From an uncultured virus (IMG/VR IMGVR_UViG_3300021960_000038) (taxonomy: Duplodnaviria > Heunggongvirae > Uroviricota > Caudoviricetes), in the IMG/VR virus record IMGVR_UViG_3300021960_000038: DNA of 64,000 bases, one strand, 5' to 3'. A program made the position numbers and the translations under genes. Below are positions 1 through 8,309 of the stretch, piece after piece; the first letter of the stretch is position 1, and each line of letters opens with the position of its first letter. The notes below the pieces were generated by a model, which did no database searches, was not told the origin of the DNA, and worked only from the letters and a program-made list of their open reading frames with translations.

Positions 1-960
1 CATTTGAAGTGTACCTTTTGCTTGAATGATACCTGTACCTGATGGGTTGAACTCAATGTCACCACTACCAGCAGTTTTCATTTGAAGGTTTTGGTCACTG
101 TCAGCAGAAACAACGATTGTTCCTGAACTATCTTCTAATACTTTTTGTCCGTTAACATATAAAGATCCTGGACCAACATAGACATCTCGCCATTGCTTGG
201 TCGATGAACCCAAGTCGTATGTAACATCAGTATCAGGTATGATGCTTCCATTAAAATCTGATAAATGGGTTGTTACATCAGTGTCACCATACTGTGCAGC
301 ACCAGCGATTGTTAAAGTGTCTGCACCATCGTCATATGTTAATGTGATTCCTGTACCAGCAGTTAATAGTGCATTAACACGATCATCTACTCGTTCACTT
401 GTATGATAAAGGTTTGTTGAACCTTCTGCCACATCATCAGTATCTTGTGCATCTACATATGCTTTGATAGATTCGGAAGATGCTAAGGTTGTAGCAGTTG
501 CTGTTGCGAAAGTATCGTCATCAAGTACTGCTGTACCTGACACTCCTGTATTCAATACAGGACTTGTTAATGTTTTGTTCGTTAAAGTTTGGGCAGTAGA
601 AAGGTCTGTTACAACTGATGTATCAATTTCGATATCATCTGCGTTGACTGTAATACCATTTCCTGCTCCTACATTGACTGTAAGTTCGCCACTAGCACCA
701 CCACCTGTTAAACCTGAACCTGCTGTAACACCTTCGATGTCACCTGCTAAGTCTGCGTCTAAGGTTAGAGTACCAGCACCGTCGTCATATGTTGCTGTGA
801 TATTTGTACCACCAACAACCATTGCTCCTACTGTATCTTGAATATTCTCAGTAGTAGAAGTACCCAATGCTGCAGCAGTAATTTCACCACTGCTATCTAT
901 AACTTCAACACTACCAACTGTTAGACCATTCTTAACTACAAAGTTCTTTTGCGTTGCCAT
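1..960 (-). CDS. Tail/virion fibre protein, 3' end beyond the window (not in ORF track)
   Basis: Hand translation from ATG at 960: MATQKNFVVKNGLTVGSVEVIDSSGEI...DTDDVAEGSTNLYHTSERVDDRVNALLTAGTGITLTYDDGA...IPDTDVTYDLGSSTKQWRDVYVG; open to position 1; TAATG coupling with the 960-1190 ORF. Confidence 0.85.
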   Translation of the reverse strand, partial: MATQKNFVVKNGLTVGSVEVIDSSGEITAAALGTSTTENIQDTVGAMVVGGTNITATYDDGAGTLTLDADLAGDIEGVTAGSGLTGGGASGELTVNVGAGNGITVNADDIEIDTSVVTDLSTAQTLTNKTLTSPVLNTGVSGTAVLDDDTFATATATTLASSESIKAYVDAQDTDDVAEGSTNLYHTSERVDDRVNALLTAGTGITLTYDDGADTLTIAGAAQYGDTDVTTHLSDFNGSIIPDTDVTYDLGSSTKQWRDVYVGPGSLYVNGQKVLEDSSGTIVVSADSDQNLQMKTAGSGDIEFNPSGTGIIQAKGTLQM

Positions 961-1190
961 TAGAATGTACCTCCGTTAATCGTTGCATTGTCGATTGTTT
1001 TTGATGTTCCTGATGCTAAGAATGTTCCTACAGCACTATCGCTGTAATAAGTATTCGTAGATCCTTCGGATAAGTTATCGGTTGTTAGTTCTGAAATAGC
1101 AGTTGCCTGTAGTTTCCCTGAAGAATTAATTATCTCCGTGGAACCTACAGTCAAACCTGCTAATATAACTAAATTCTTTTGAGTTGCCAT
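960..1190 (-). CDS. Small fibre-associated virion protein
   Basis: N-terminus MATQKNLVILAGLTVG is paralogous to the 1-960 fibre; contains TDNLSEGSTN.YY repeat; ends INGGTF; GGAG RBS upstream. Confidence 0.75.
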   Translation of the reverse strand: MATQKNLVILAGLTVGSTEIINSSGKLQATAISELTTDNLSEGSTNTYYSDSAVGTFLASGTSKTIDNATINGGTF

Positions 1191-1268
1191 TTGTTTTCAC
1201 TCTCCAACTAAATGACCATATTCTCTTCACAAGATAATATAGTCGATTGTGTCCTTTTGGTTGCAATC

Positions 1269-1276
1269 TATTTATT
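1269..1276 (-). promoter_or_regulatory. Late-promoter variant AATAAATA
   Basis: One mismatch to the T4 late consensus TATAAATA, intergenic, upstream of fibre genes. Confidence 0.45.
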
Positions 1277-1280
1277 AAAC

Positions 1281-1685
1281 TTATGCGTCTACAAGAGTTA
1301 CATCAAACTTGATGTCTGTTGAAGTCGCACTATCTGGTGTGCATAATAATCTGCAATCTGAACCACTAATATCAGCATCAAAGGTTGCTAATGTGGTTGA
1401 TTTAATCTCACCATATTGTGTCATATCGACACTTGATCCATCATTAACTAGATGAATCTCTAGGGAATGATAATCAGATCCCCTACTCATTGCAATCAAA
1501 TATCTGCCTGATGCATAACTTGCGTGAGCAAATGTATGCAAAGCAAACTGAGTTGTTGCAGTAGTAGTTGATGATCCCCTTTCTTTCCCTGCACTTTCCA
1601 GCACTACACTGGTTTCCATCTGATTCGCATCTGCGTTATAAGACATATGACGAATCAATATTGCTAAATCTCTTGCTCTACCCAT
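1281..1685 (-). CDS. Virion fibre-associated beta-domain protein
   Basis: Shares the EIHLVNDG..QYG...FDADISG..RLL.TP domain with the C-terminus of 1695-2528. Confidence 0.7.
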   Translation of the reverse strand: MGRARDLAILIRHMSYNADANQMETSVVLESAGKERGSSTTTATTQFALHTFAHASYASGRYLIAMSRGSDYHSLEIHLVNDGSSVDMTQYGEIKSTTLATFDADISGSDCRLLCTPDSATSTDIKFDVTLVDA

Positions 1686-1694
1686 TCAATCCTC

Positions 1695-2528
1695 CTATGA
1701 TAGTCTTATTTGAAAAGTACGAAACGATGTATTCGTGTTAGCAGGTGTAACCAATAATCTTAGGTTATCCCCACTTATATCGGCATCTAAAGTCATCAGC
1801 GAAGATGAAGTAAATACTGTCGCATATTCTGACATGTACACAGTGCTACCATCATGAGTCAATAAGACTTCAGTAGCATGATAACCAGCAGATCCATGTG
1901 ATGCACTGATCACATATTTCACAGCATTGTAAGCAGTTTTGCTTACTTGTGACATAACTTGATCTGCAGTTGTTGCAGTCAAGTCAGTAGTTGTATAGTT
2001 TCCTTGAACTAAATCCAAAGATTCTATAGCAACAACTTCTACTGTATCACCATTTACCGCAGTAGATGACAAAGTTATGGTTGAGGAGTCAGTCGTTGTA
2101 TAGTCGACTCCTCCACCTATTAACTTAACACCATTGAGGTAAACTGATTCTTCTCCCGCATTATACGAGAGAGAGTTTGCGTTATCATCATTACCAGTGA
2201 TAGATGTAGTATCACCTGTAATTGAATATGTATATGTAGTTATACCATCCCCTGTTCCTGATTGATCAGCAAATGCTAAAGCACCAGAACCATCTGTTAC
2301 TAAAACTTGGTTTGCCGAACCATCGGATGTTGGGAATGAGTATGCCGAATTGACACTAAAAGTTGCAGGATTGGATCCAACTTCTATAATAGAAGCAGAA
2401 CCATCATTTTTTTCCAAGAAGACTCTTCCGTCATAGGTGTTGATCGCCAATTCCCCTAATGATAAATCACCAGTGGTTGGAGAAGCACCTGAACTTGAAG
2501 ATCTCTTTAACTGAATTACTGCAGCCAT
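1695..2528 (-). CDS. Tail-fibre-like protein
   Basis: IQLKRSS...P...L..GELAINTYDG N-terminal fibre motif; FPTSDGSANQVLVTDGSG repeat; VYLNGVKL domain; C-terminal DADISG domain. Confidence 0.75.
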   Translation of the reverse strand: MAAVIQLKRSSSSGASPTTGDLSLGELAINTYDGRVFLEKNDGSASIIEVGSNPATFSVNSAYSFPTSDGSANQVLVTDGSGALAFADQSGTGDGITTYTYSITGDTTSITGNDDNANSLSYNAGEESVYLNGVKLIGGGVDYTTTDSSTITLSSTAVNGDTVEVVAIESLDLVQGNYTTTDLTATTADQVMSQVSKTAYNAVKYVISASHGSAGYHATEVLLTHDGSTVYMSEYATVFTSSSLMTLDADISGDNLRLLVTPANTNTSFRTFQIRLS

Positions 2529-2552
2529 TTTAGTTTCCTCTTCCTAATAAAA

Positions 2553-4037
2553 TTAGAATGAACCTCCATCTATGGCTGTAACAGTAACTTCACCAGCACC
2601 AGAAACTGCAAAGTTTCCAGATGCGAACGAAGCGACACCAACAGCAGATGTGGTCGCGATATCATTTTCTAGTGTGATAGAACCATCACCATTTGTGATA
2701 GTTACACCATTAGAACCAGCAGTCAAAGTTGCTAATTCTAGATCGCCATTAGATCCATTACCGATCATTAATTGACCAGCAGTTGGAGCAGCACCGTCTA
2801 CAGAAGTGATTGAACCACTTAATGCTAGACCAGATACTTCTAATCCACCGAATACTGCGTCCATCGCTGTACCTGTGAATACAGATGAAGTGTCAGTTGC
2901 TTGTTTTAAAGCAATAAACTTCTCTGCTGACTCATCCATACCGAAGAATCCAATTCTAGCAGATCCATCGTTATATTTGAATTTAATACCTCTATCGAGG
3001 TTATCATCTGAAGCATCGTCACCAATTTCAAAAACTGGATCGGCGATTGTTACAGTTGTAGAATCAACTGTAGTTGTTGTACCAGATACTGTTAAGTTTC
3101 CTGTAACAGTCAAGTTGTTACCAATTGTAACATCATCTGGTAATCCGATTGTTACTGTCTGCCCAGAAGCAGAAGTTTCAATCTCGTTTGAAGTACCAGC
3201 AACTGTTAAAGACTGAGAGTCTAAATCAACTGCAAAAGTACCACTGTCAGCAGCACCGTCTAAATCTTGTGCTGTAACTTGTGAATCAACATAGTCTTTA
3301 ACTGCAGCAGAAGTTGGTAGAGTTGTATCGTTATCGTTAGATGAGATACCCTCTCCTTCTGTTACAAATACTGCGTCTGCGATTTTGTCAAGTGTAACTG
3401 CATCATCAGCAATTTTTGCTGTTGTTACATTACTGTTCAAAATCTTAACAGTTGTGACTGCGTCGTTTGCGATTGTAAGTGCACCATTACTTGCTAAAGT
3501 AGCATCACCTGAAACACTAACATTATCAAAACTATCAGTACCATCGTGAACAATGATTTGTCCTGTAGATGGTGCTGAAATATCAGTATCAGTTGCGCCA
3601 GCAATTGTTGAGGTTGCACTTGTAAAAGTTAAGTTTCCAGATCCATCTGTTGACAAGAATTGTCCATTAGATCCATCTCCATCAGGAAGCACCCAAGCGA
3701 TAGATGATCCAACAGAATCTGGTGCTTTGAAACCGACATAGTTTACACCATTGTCAGAATCTTCTCTAAGTTGTAGAGTCGCACCTGCTGTTGCACCATT
3801 ACCAACTATAAAGTTGCTTGATGTTGGAGCAGAACCATCGATGATGTCGGTATAAAATTTACCACCGATTGCGTGAATCGCAACTGAGTCATCATTGTTG
3901 ATAGACTCAATATAGAGTTTCGCACTCGCACCATCATTGGATTTATCTTGTACATATGCCATTTCTCCTGCTGATAAGTTTCCATCAACTGGAGCACTAG
4001 CACCTGTGGATCTTTTAATTTGAATAACTGTAGCCAT
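2553..4037 (-). CDS. Tail-fibre-like protein
   Basis: IQIKRSTG...GEMAY N-terminus; LPDGDGSNGQFLSTDGSG; AVTTAKI repeats; GNLTVSGTTTTVDSTT; ends IDGGSF. Confidence 0.8.
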   Translation of the reverse strand: MATVIQIKRSTGASAPVDGNLSAGEMAYVQDKSNDGASAKLYIESINNDDSVAIHAIGGKFYTDIIDGSAPTSSNFIVGNGATAGATLQLREDSDNGVNYVGFKAPDSVGSSIAWVLPDGDGSNGQFLSTDGSGNLTFTSATSTIAGATDTDISAPSTGQIIVHDGTDSFDNVSVSGDATLASNGALTIANDAVTTVKILNSNVTTAKIADDAVTLDKIADAVFVTEGEGISSNDNDTTLPTSAAVKDYVDSQVTAQDLDGAADSGTFAVDLDSQSLTVAGTSNEIETSASGQTVTIGLPDDVTIGNNLTVTGNLTVSGTTTTVDSTTVTIADPVFEIGDDASDDNLDRGIKFKYNDGSARIGFFGMDESAEKFIALKQATDTSSVFTGTAMDAVFGGLEVSGLALSGSITSVDGAAPTAGQLMIGNGSNGDLELATLTAGSNGVTITNGDGSITLENDIATTSAVGVASFASGNFAVSGAGEVTVTAIDGGSF

Positions 4038-4101
4038 TTATTTTTACCTCTATGGTTATATTATTTTAAAAGATATAATGTAAAATTCTATATTAGAACA
4101 A

Positions 4102-4335
4102 CTAGAAAGTTCCACCGTCGAGAACTGTAGTTGTTACCCACTTATCTGTGGCAGCATCATAAGACAGAAGTCCGTCATCGGTTTCTGTCGCATTCACGTC
4201 TGCTAGGTCATTTAAATCTGCAGTAGAAACTGCAGAAGAAGATGAACCTATTGCCACTTGCTTAACTTTTGTTCCACCAGAAGATGTAACTCTTGCTTTA
4301 AAGGTGGACCCTGTATTTATTGTTCTTATTGCCAT
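4102..4335 (-). CDS. Small fibre-associated protein
   Basis: LNDLADV...LLSYDAATDKW fibre repeat; ends LDGGTF; TAATG-coupled to upstream gene. Confidence 0.7.
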   Translation of the reverse strand: MAIRTINTGSTFKARVTSSGGTKVKQVAIGSSSSAVSTADLNDLADVNATETDDGLLSYDAATDKWVTTTVLDGGTF

Positions 4336-4667
4336 TATCTTGTTACTCCTGGAGTGACGATTACTTGTCCTTCTAAAACACGAGTTTTGTCACCACCCGA
4401 TGAAATAATCACACAATCGTAGACATATCTTCCGAAGTCTAATGCTGAGGTTTGTGTGTCAGTAAGTTGTAATGTAATTTGACCAGCAACTCCTGAAACA
4501 GAAGTTGAAAACACTGCTGATGTTGAAGTGCTGGTGTATGCTTTTCTTATATGGGCAGTTGCTGTATATCCAGAAAGATCCATAGCAGTTCCATCACTGT
4601 TTGTCATGTCTACAGTGAATGAAAAGTCTGATCCTTGATCAATGTATAGATTACTTACTGATGCCAT
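4335..4667 (-). CDS. Virion structural protein, BppU-like Ig adaptor
   Basis: NLYIDQGSDF...DLSGYTATAHIRK...GRYVYD...RVLEG.V.VTPGVT pattern; follows a late promoter. Confidence 0.7.
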   Translation of the reverse strand: MASVSNLYIDQGSDFSFTVDMTNSDGTAMDLSGYTATAHIRKAYTSTSTSAVFSTSVSGVAGQITLQLTDTQTSALDFGRYVYDCVIISSGGDKTRVLEGQVIVTPGVTR

Positions 4668-4682
4668 AATGATTCCTACTAG

Positions 4683-4690
4683 TATTTATA
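4683..4690 (-). promoter_or_regulatory. T4-type late promoter
   Basis: Exact TATAAATA 16 nt upstream of the ATG at 4667. Confidence 0.8.
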
Positions 4691-4693
4691 TGT

Positions 4694-5491
4694 TTAGAGA
4701 TTGTATTGCTGTGCTCCAAACAATAATATAGTGGGTATTTTCGCAGTAATTCGACACTCTTTTGTAATATTGAATTCTTGAACGGAGTCATATTCAGTAT
4801 TATTTATTTCAATTTTTCCTTCCAGCAACAATAAAACTGATTTTACACCCTCTGGTTGTATGCGTACGAACTCACCCTCTTGTAAGTCATGTACATCATA
4901 CTTCCAAAAGTCGTATGGAGTGGGTAATGTTTGTGGATTGTAGTTGTTAGAGATACAATTTACAGTAGCACCATCTGTAAGTGCTGTGGAAACTGTGTTA
5001 AATTTTTGATCAGGATCCTCAAATTTAGAATTGTTGACATTGATCTTAGGAATTCTATCGTACTTTCCAATGTTGTGTGTACCTCTACGATCTATATGTC
5101 CAGGATTTTCCTTATCTCTCTCATAGGGTCCAGGATTTCCGTTCTCATCGATGGACACAATCTTAATTTCACCTTGTGTATAGATATGAATCCTTTTGTT
5201 GTGATGAAGTTCTCCATTGTCAAGTATCTTAAGAGATTTCCAAAAGACTGGATCATGATCTTCTAGAGTTTTAAAAATTTCTTCTTTGGTAATGCTGTCT
5301 TTATCCATGTACTCAGCATATGTTTGCATTAGGTTATCCCAAATTTCACTAGGATCTACAGGATAAGTTGCCTCCAATGCATAATCTGTGGGTGCTGAGA
5401 ATCGAGTTTGATATCCTGCATCCATAATAGTGCGTTCGACTACGAATGTTCCGCATTTGTATGTTTCTGATCTTCTTTCTGGTTGTTTCAT
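4694..5491 (-). CDS. Hypothetical protein, C-terminal cupin-like beta region (paralog 3)
   Basis: C-terminal YDVHDLQEGEFVRI...VLLLLEGKIEIN pattern shared with 5488-6066 and 6063-6716; ATGA overlap. Confidence 0.6.
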   Translation of the reverse strand: MKQPERRSETYKCGTFVVERTIMDAGYQTRFSAPTDYALEATYPVDPSEIWDNLMQTYAEYMDKDSITKEEIFKTLEDHDPVFWKSLKILDNGELHHNKRIHIYTQGEIKIVSIDENGNPGPYERDKENPGHIDRRGTHNIGKYDRIPKINVNNSKFEDPDQKFNTVSTALTDGATVNCISNNYNPQTLPTPYDFWKYDVHDLQEGEFVRIQPEGVKSVLLLLEGKIEINNTEYDSVQEFNITKECRITAKIPTILLFGAQQYNL

Positions 5492-6066
5492 ACTATCTCT
5501 GTAATCGTTGCTACCATAACTTCATCCTTTGCTCTTATGGTAACATCTTTACCTGAAGTTGCTTTGAGGTATTCAAATCCTTTAACATGTTTGTCATTAA
5601 TTTGAGCACGACCTTTTGCTATAAAGATATGTATATTTCCACCTAAGTTGCCGATGGTTATGTATTCATCTTTTTGTAGAGTGACATAATCGTACACAAG
5701 TTCTTTTTCTTGCATCTTATGTTTAGGATGAATGCAGTAGAGGTGTCCTCCGTCTATAAAGTGCATCCGAACTTCAGATGCATCAGTGTGGTTAGGATAC
5801 CATGGTCTTCCTGGCATAGGATTTGGTTTGAGACCTGTATTAGCATAATGTATGTTACACCAACCACGAGGAGCAACACCAAAACTATGAGAGTCTTTTC
5901 CAAAAAGGACATCATGTTTCTCAGTAAAAATATGTATTGCGGAACTTGGTCTTTCACCTTCTCTACCCTCCTCAAATCTGTGAGTGTTCACTTGGAAGTA
6001 TTCATCTTCCTTTGCATGATTGTCAAAGACTAAGACATCTTCGTAATTGAACCAATTCCATTTCAT
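5488..6066 (-). CDS. Hypothetical protein, cupin-like (paralog 2)
   Basis: GWCNIHY...YDYVTLQKDEYITI...HIFIAKGRAQIN; ATGA overlap. Confidence 0.6.
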   Translation of the reverse strand: MKWNWFNYEDVLVFDNHAKEDEYFQVNTHRFEEGREGERPSSAIHIFTEKHDVLFGKDSHSFGVAPRGWCNIHYANTGLKPNPMPGRPWYPNHTDASEVRMHFIDGGHLYCIHPKHKMQEKELVYDYVTLQKDEYITIGNLGGNIHIFIAKGRAQINDKHVKGFEYLKATSGKDVTIRAKDEVMVATITEIV

Positions 6067-6716
6067 AGTTCTGTAATGATGACAGCCATGTTATCTGATG
6101 ATCTACCTTGTAAATCATAATCACTCTTACCTGATATTGTTACAAAGTTTATAGAATCTAACACATCCGTATCTTTTTTCTTACCACGATTACAAACTTT
6201 AAACTTACCATGTAAAAGAAACACCCATACTCGTTTACCATGATGTTTCATGCGTACATACTCACCCTTTTCAAGTTTTACAAAATCCCAGACGCACTCT
6301 ACATCTTTCATAGTCTTTGGATTTGCTAATACGCATAATGACATAGCATCATCTTGGAACTGCCATTTAATTTTAGTTCCTGTATACCCTGTCCAACTTG
6401 GTGTGCCTTTAAATGGATTAGGATCGTTTTGCCTAAAGAAGTTTATATTGTTCCATCCGTGACCATGTACTCTTCTTGTTACACCTGATCCGTCGGCAGC
6501 AGGTGCATCCATTTCATTAATAATAGTTCCACCAATCACGCATCTAAAGTTGCTGTGTCTTTGTTCTTTGTCTCTCCCCTTTTCAGGTAAGTGAGTGTTG
6601 GGTGTGTAGACGTCTCCTTTGTTTCCTTCTATAGAAAACATCCAGAAATCTTTGGCATCCCAGAACCTATTCTTTATTCCCATACTTCTCCAAATCTTGT
6701 AATGCTTCTTTAGCAC
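6063..6716 (-). CDS. Hypothetical protein, cupin-like (paralog 1); start may be internal MGIK
   Basis: GWNNINF...WDFVKLEKGEYVRM...WVFLLHGKFKV. Confidence 0.6.
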   Translation of the reverse strand: MLKKHYKIWRSMGIKNRFWDAKDFWMFSIEGNKGDVYTPNTHLPEKGRDKEQRHSNFRCVIGGTIINEMDAPAADGSGVTRRVHGHGWNNINFFRQNDPNPFKGTPSWTGYTGTKIKWQFQDDAMSLCVLANPKTMKDVECVWDFVKLEKGEYVRMKHHGKRVWVFLLHGKFKVCNRGKKKDTDVLDSINFVTISGKSDYDLQGRSSDNMAVIITEL

Positions 6717-7245
6717 TTTGTACTTCTTGATAATTTGCTGAATGTTGTATAGTCACTTCAGACATCTCAATCCATGGTGGTAAATCTATAAGATACTCTA
6801 TAAACTGAACAACCCAATCATGATCCAATGAATCTAATTCATGTTCTAACAATCCTAAGTTAAGTGTACACATTCTACACTGCTTGTCAGAATTGAAAGT
6901 TAGATTGTTTGCTAAATGGTTAAGTGATGCTTTCTGCGCAGCATACATATAACCTTTACTTATATTAGCATACTTCGCACGTGATGAAAAGTTTATGATG
7001 AGTTTGTTAGGATCATGCTTCCAATGTTCAAATATACCCATCAGCAATTCAGTTTGTTTGAAGCGAAGATGTGCTAGATTAATAAAGACATCGCAATCTT
7101 TAATCTTATCTACTACTGCGTCGGCATACTCTATTGAAAAATCTGCACTTGAAAATTGTACAATCTCATAATGAGAATAGTTTCTTAAGAAGTCTGCGAT
7201 CTTACCACCGAGACCACTCTTACCTGTTATTGCTACTTTTATCAT
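6667..7245 (-). CDS. Short-chain dehydrogenase/reductase (SDR)
   Basis: VAITGKSGLG Rossmann loop, DVFINLA, INFSS, YAAQK catalytic YxxxK. Confidence 0.85.
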   Translation of the reverse strand: MIKVAITGKSGLGGKIADFLRNYSHYEIVQFSSADFSIEYADAVVDKIKDCDVFINLAHLRFKQTELLMGIFEHWKHDPNKLIINFSSRAKYANISKGYMYAAQKASLNHLANNLTFNSDKQCRMCTLNLGLLEHELDSLDHDWVVQFIEYLIDLPPWIEMSEVTIQHSANYQEVQSAKEALQDLEKYGNKE

Positions 7246-8149
7246 AATAATCCTTAATCAAATCAAACGATGGTTTACCAAACAATGAACCATCTACACT
7301 ACACTTGTTACAAGGTGAGCATGATCTATCACCTTTGATTAACCTTTTTCTTATTTTGTTCATAGGTTTACTGAACCAAACTTCATGTAAAGATTGCTGT
7401 AGTAGATTACCCACTACATGTTCTCTACCCCAATCATTAGAGCAGAACAATACATCACCATTCCAGTCTACAAACATTTTATAGAAAGGATAATGACATG
7501 GTTTACCTTCTAGAGATTTAACATCGGATTCTTCAATACCAACCCAATCTATTACACCACTTCTATTGTTGAGTATCAACCCATGCTTTTCAAACTCACC
7601 CCAATGCATACGATATTTATATTTTGTTACAGGTATTTCTGCCCAGAGTATTAATTCATCAAAATGTTTCATCTGTTCTGGACCATCATATAGATTGATG
7701 TAAATCATGTCTAATCCACTATTATGAATAAGATCTACAAGATAACGATGATCTAACTTATCACCATTGGTGTTACACTCTAATGTAGCATAAGGAAGTT
7801 CTGTTCTGAAGATTTTTACGATATCTCTAAAATCTGGATTGAGTAAGTTCTCACCAAATCCACTAAATGAAACTTTACCATTGAAAGATTCTTCTGCCAA
7901 TTCTTCTGCTATTCTTTGAGCACCTTTGATGGTCAAATGTAGATTTCGATTAGGGAATACTTCTGGATCATGTCTTGGACAAAACACGCATGTGCGATTA
8001 CACAACTCTGTTGTGTTTATCTCAACTGTAAGTATTGAAGATAGTGGTTTGTCTAGTTGGTTATGGTTTCTTTCGAAGTGCTTTCGCTCTTGTTCTCTGC
8101 GATGTTCTAGGAAACCATATTGATCAACTGCTGGTATCCTTTCTGTCAT
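7220..8149 (-). CDS. Radical SAM protein with SPASM/Twitch domain
   Basis: CNRTCVFC (CxxxCxxC), SGFGENLL, NTNG; C-terminal PCHYPF...FCSND...GNL...CSPCNKC; start taken at MTERIP. Confidence 0.92.
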   Translation of the reverse strand: MTERIPAVDQYGFLEHRREQERKHFERNHNQLDKPLSSILTVEINTTELCNRTCVFCPRHDPEVFPNRNLHLTIKGAQRIAEELAEESFNGKVSFSGFGENLLNPDFRDIVKIFRTELPYATLECNTNGDKLDHRYLVDLIHNSGLDMIYINLYDGPEQMKHFDELILWAEIPVTKYKYRMHWGEFEKHGLILNNRSGVIDWVGIEESDVKSLEGKPCHYPFYKMFVDWNGDVLFCSNDWGREHVVGNLLQQSLHEVWFSKPMNKIRKRLIKGDRSCSPCNKCSVDGSLFGKPSFDLIKDYYDKSSNNR

Positions 8150-8309
8150 TATAAAATCCTCTTTCAATTATCGCAGTTTGTACTCTAGGAGCAATAGGTT
8201 CAAAGAGTGCCATGGCACCCCTTAACTCATTTACATCATCAGTTTTGGCATCTGCCTTTAGCACATCGATGTAGGTTTGTGTATTAGTTAGTGATGTCGA
8301 TTTTTCCAT
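8124..8309 (-). CDS. Hypothetical protein, 61 aa
   Basis: TAATG-coupled to the 472-aa gene; overlaps the rSAM start. Confidence 0.55.
   Translation of the reverse strand: MEKSTSLTNTQTYIDVLKADAKTDDVNELRGAMALFEPIAPRVQTAIIERGFYNDRKDTSS

Noticed and set aside
1695..4037. Diversity-generating retroelement targeting Mtd-like fibres
   Set aside because: No reverse transcriptase and no adenine-variant TR/VR repeat pair was seen in the window.
8124..8309. 61-aa ORF as a classical RiPP precursor for the rSAM
   Set aside because: It has no Cys or Trp, no recognisable leader/core and no repeated motif. It cannot be excluded, but nothing supports it.
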